Source: Candidatus Saccharimonadota bacterium
GTDB lineage: Bacteria > Pseudomonadota > Gammaproteobacteria > Enterobacterales > Enterobacteriaceae
NCBI GenBank assembly: GCA_041941765.1
Contig: CP145869.1
Coordinates: 210,001-242,000, forward strand
Direction of reading: 5' to 3'
Length of the DNA: 32,000 nt
Within the stretch, counting starts at the first letter, position 1. Every line of letters starts with the position of its first letter. Positions 31,828 to 32,000 of this stretch are shown piece after piece. The position numbers and the translations under genes were made by a program. The notes under the pieces are model-generated. The model was not told the DNA's origin. It saw only the letters and a program-made list of their open reading frames with translations, and searched no databases.

Positions 31828-32000
31828 ATGTTATTTTTTAGTACAAATAAAATACAACAATTAATTATTGATTCAAAAATAATATTAAATGCATTGGGTA
31901 TGCGTTGTCCTGACACCGTGATGATGCTGCGTAAAAATATTCGTACCATTCAAACTGGTGAAAATTTATTACTAATTACTGATGACACTACAACTATTAG
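31828..32000 (+). CDS. tusA: Sulfur-carrier protein TusA (SirA/YhhP), 3'-truncated by the window edge. It is absent from the ORF track because no stop codon is reached.
   Basis: Translation from the ATG at 31828 gives MLFFSTNKIQQLIIDSKIILNALGMRCPDTVMMLRKNIRTIQTGENLLLITDDTTTI. This matches the E. coli TusA core [38 protein letters not shown], including the active-site Cys in the RCP motif. Confidence 0.8.
   Translation, partial: MLFFSTNKIQQLIIDSKIILNALGMRCPDTVMMLRKNIRTIQTGENLLLITDDTTTI

Overview
This window is a densely packed, very AT-rich block of 26 conserved housekeeping genes. Their order and protein sequences match an Enterobacterales-derived, reduced-genome obligate insect endosymbiont of the Blochmannia, Buchnera or Wigglesworthia type. 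I lean toward Blochmannia-like but cannot assign it from sequence alone. In order the genes are: gyrB (5' truncated), lysS, prfB, ygfZ, rpiA, mscS, fbaA, pgk, tktA, trmB, yggT, ruvX, gshB, rsmE, metK, dnaK, dnaJ, rpsT, ileS, lspA, ispH, carA, carB, yggX, prlC and tusA (3' truncated, missing from the ORF track). All were identified by eye against remembered E. coli orthologues and catalytic motifs. I found no rRNA, tRNA, CRISPR array, mobile element, defence locus or unexplained multi-gene cassette. Intergenic DNA totals only about 2 kb and the longest gap is about 250 bp. My honest conclusion is that this is an ordinary core-genome region and I do not see a novel biological system in it. Several points deserve a second look. 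(1) CarB has a C-terminal allosteric domain about 50 aa short, apparently missing the UMP/IMP-binding core. (2) prfB is a single uninterrupted ORF without the programmed +1 frameshift, although UGA is still used as a stop codon. (3) A near-exact copy of the E. coli dnaK P1 sigma-32 promoter survives in otherwise degenerate intergenic DNA. (4) Eleven in-frame A9-A10 tracts lie in essential genes and are candidate transcriptional-slippage sites. (5) The metK-trmB block is rearranged and fused to the dnaK-carB block relative to E. coli, with clean loss of epd, ribF, fkpB, dapB and yqgE at their expected positions. (6) Convergent genes abut or overlap with no room for terminators. Two ORF-track starts (metK, ruvX) are over-extended and are corrected below.
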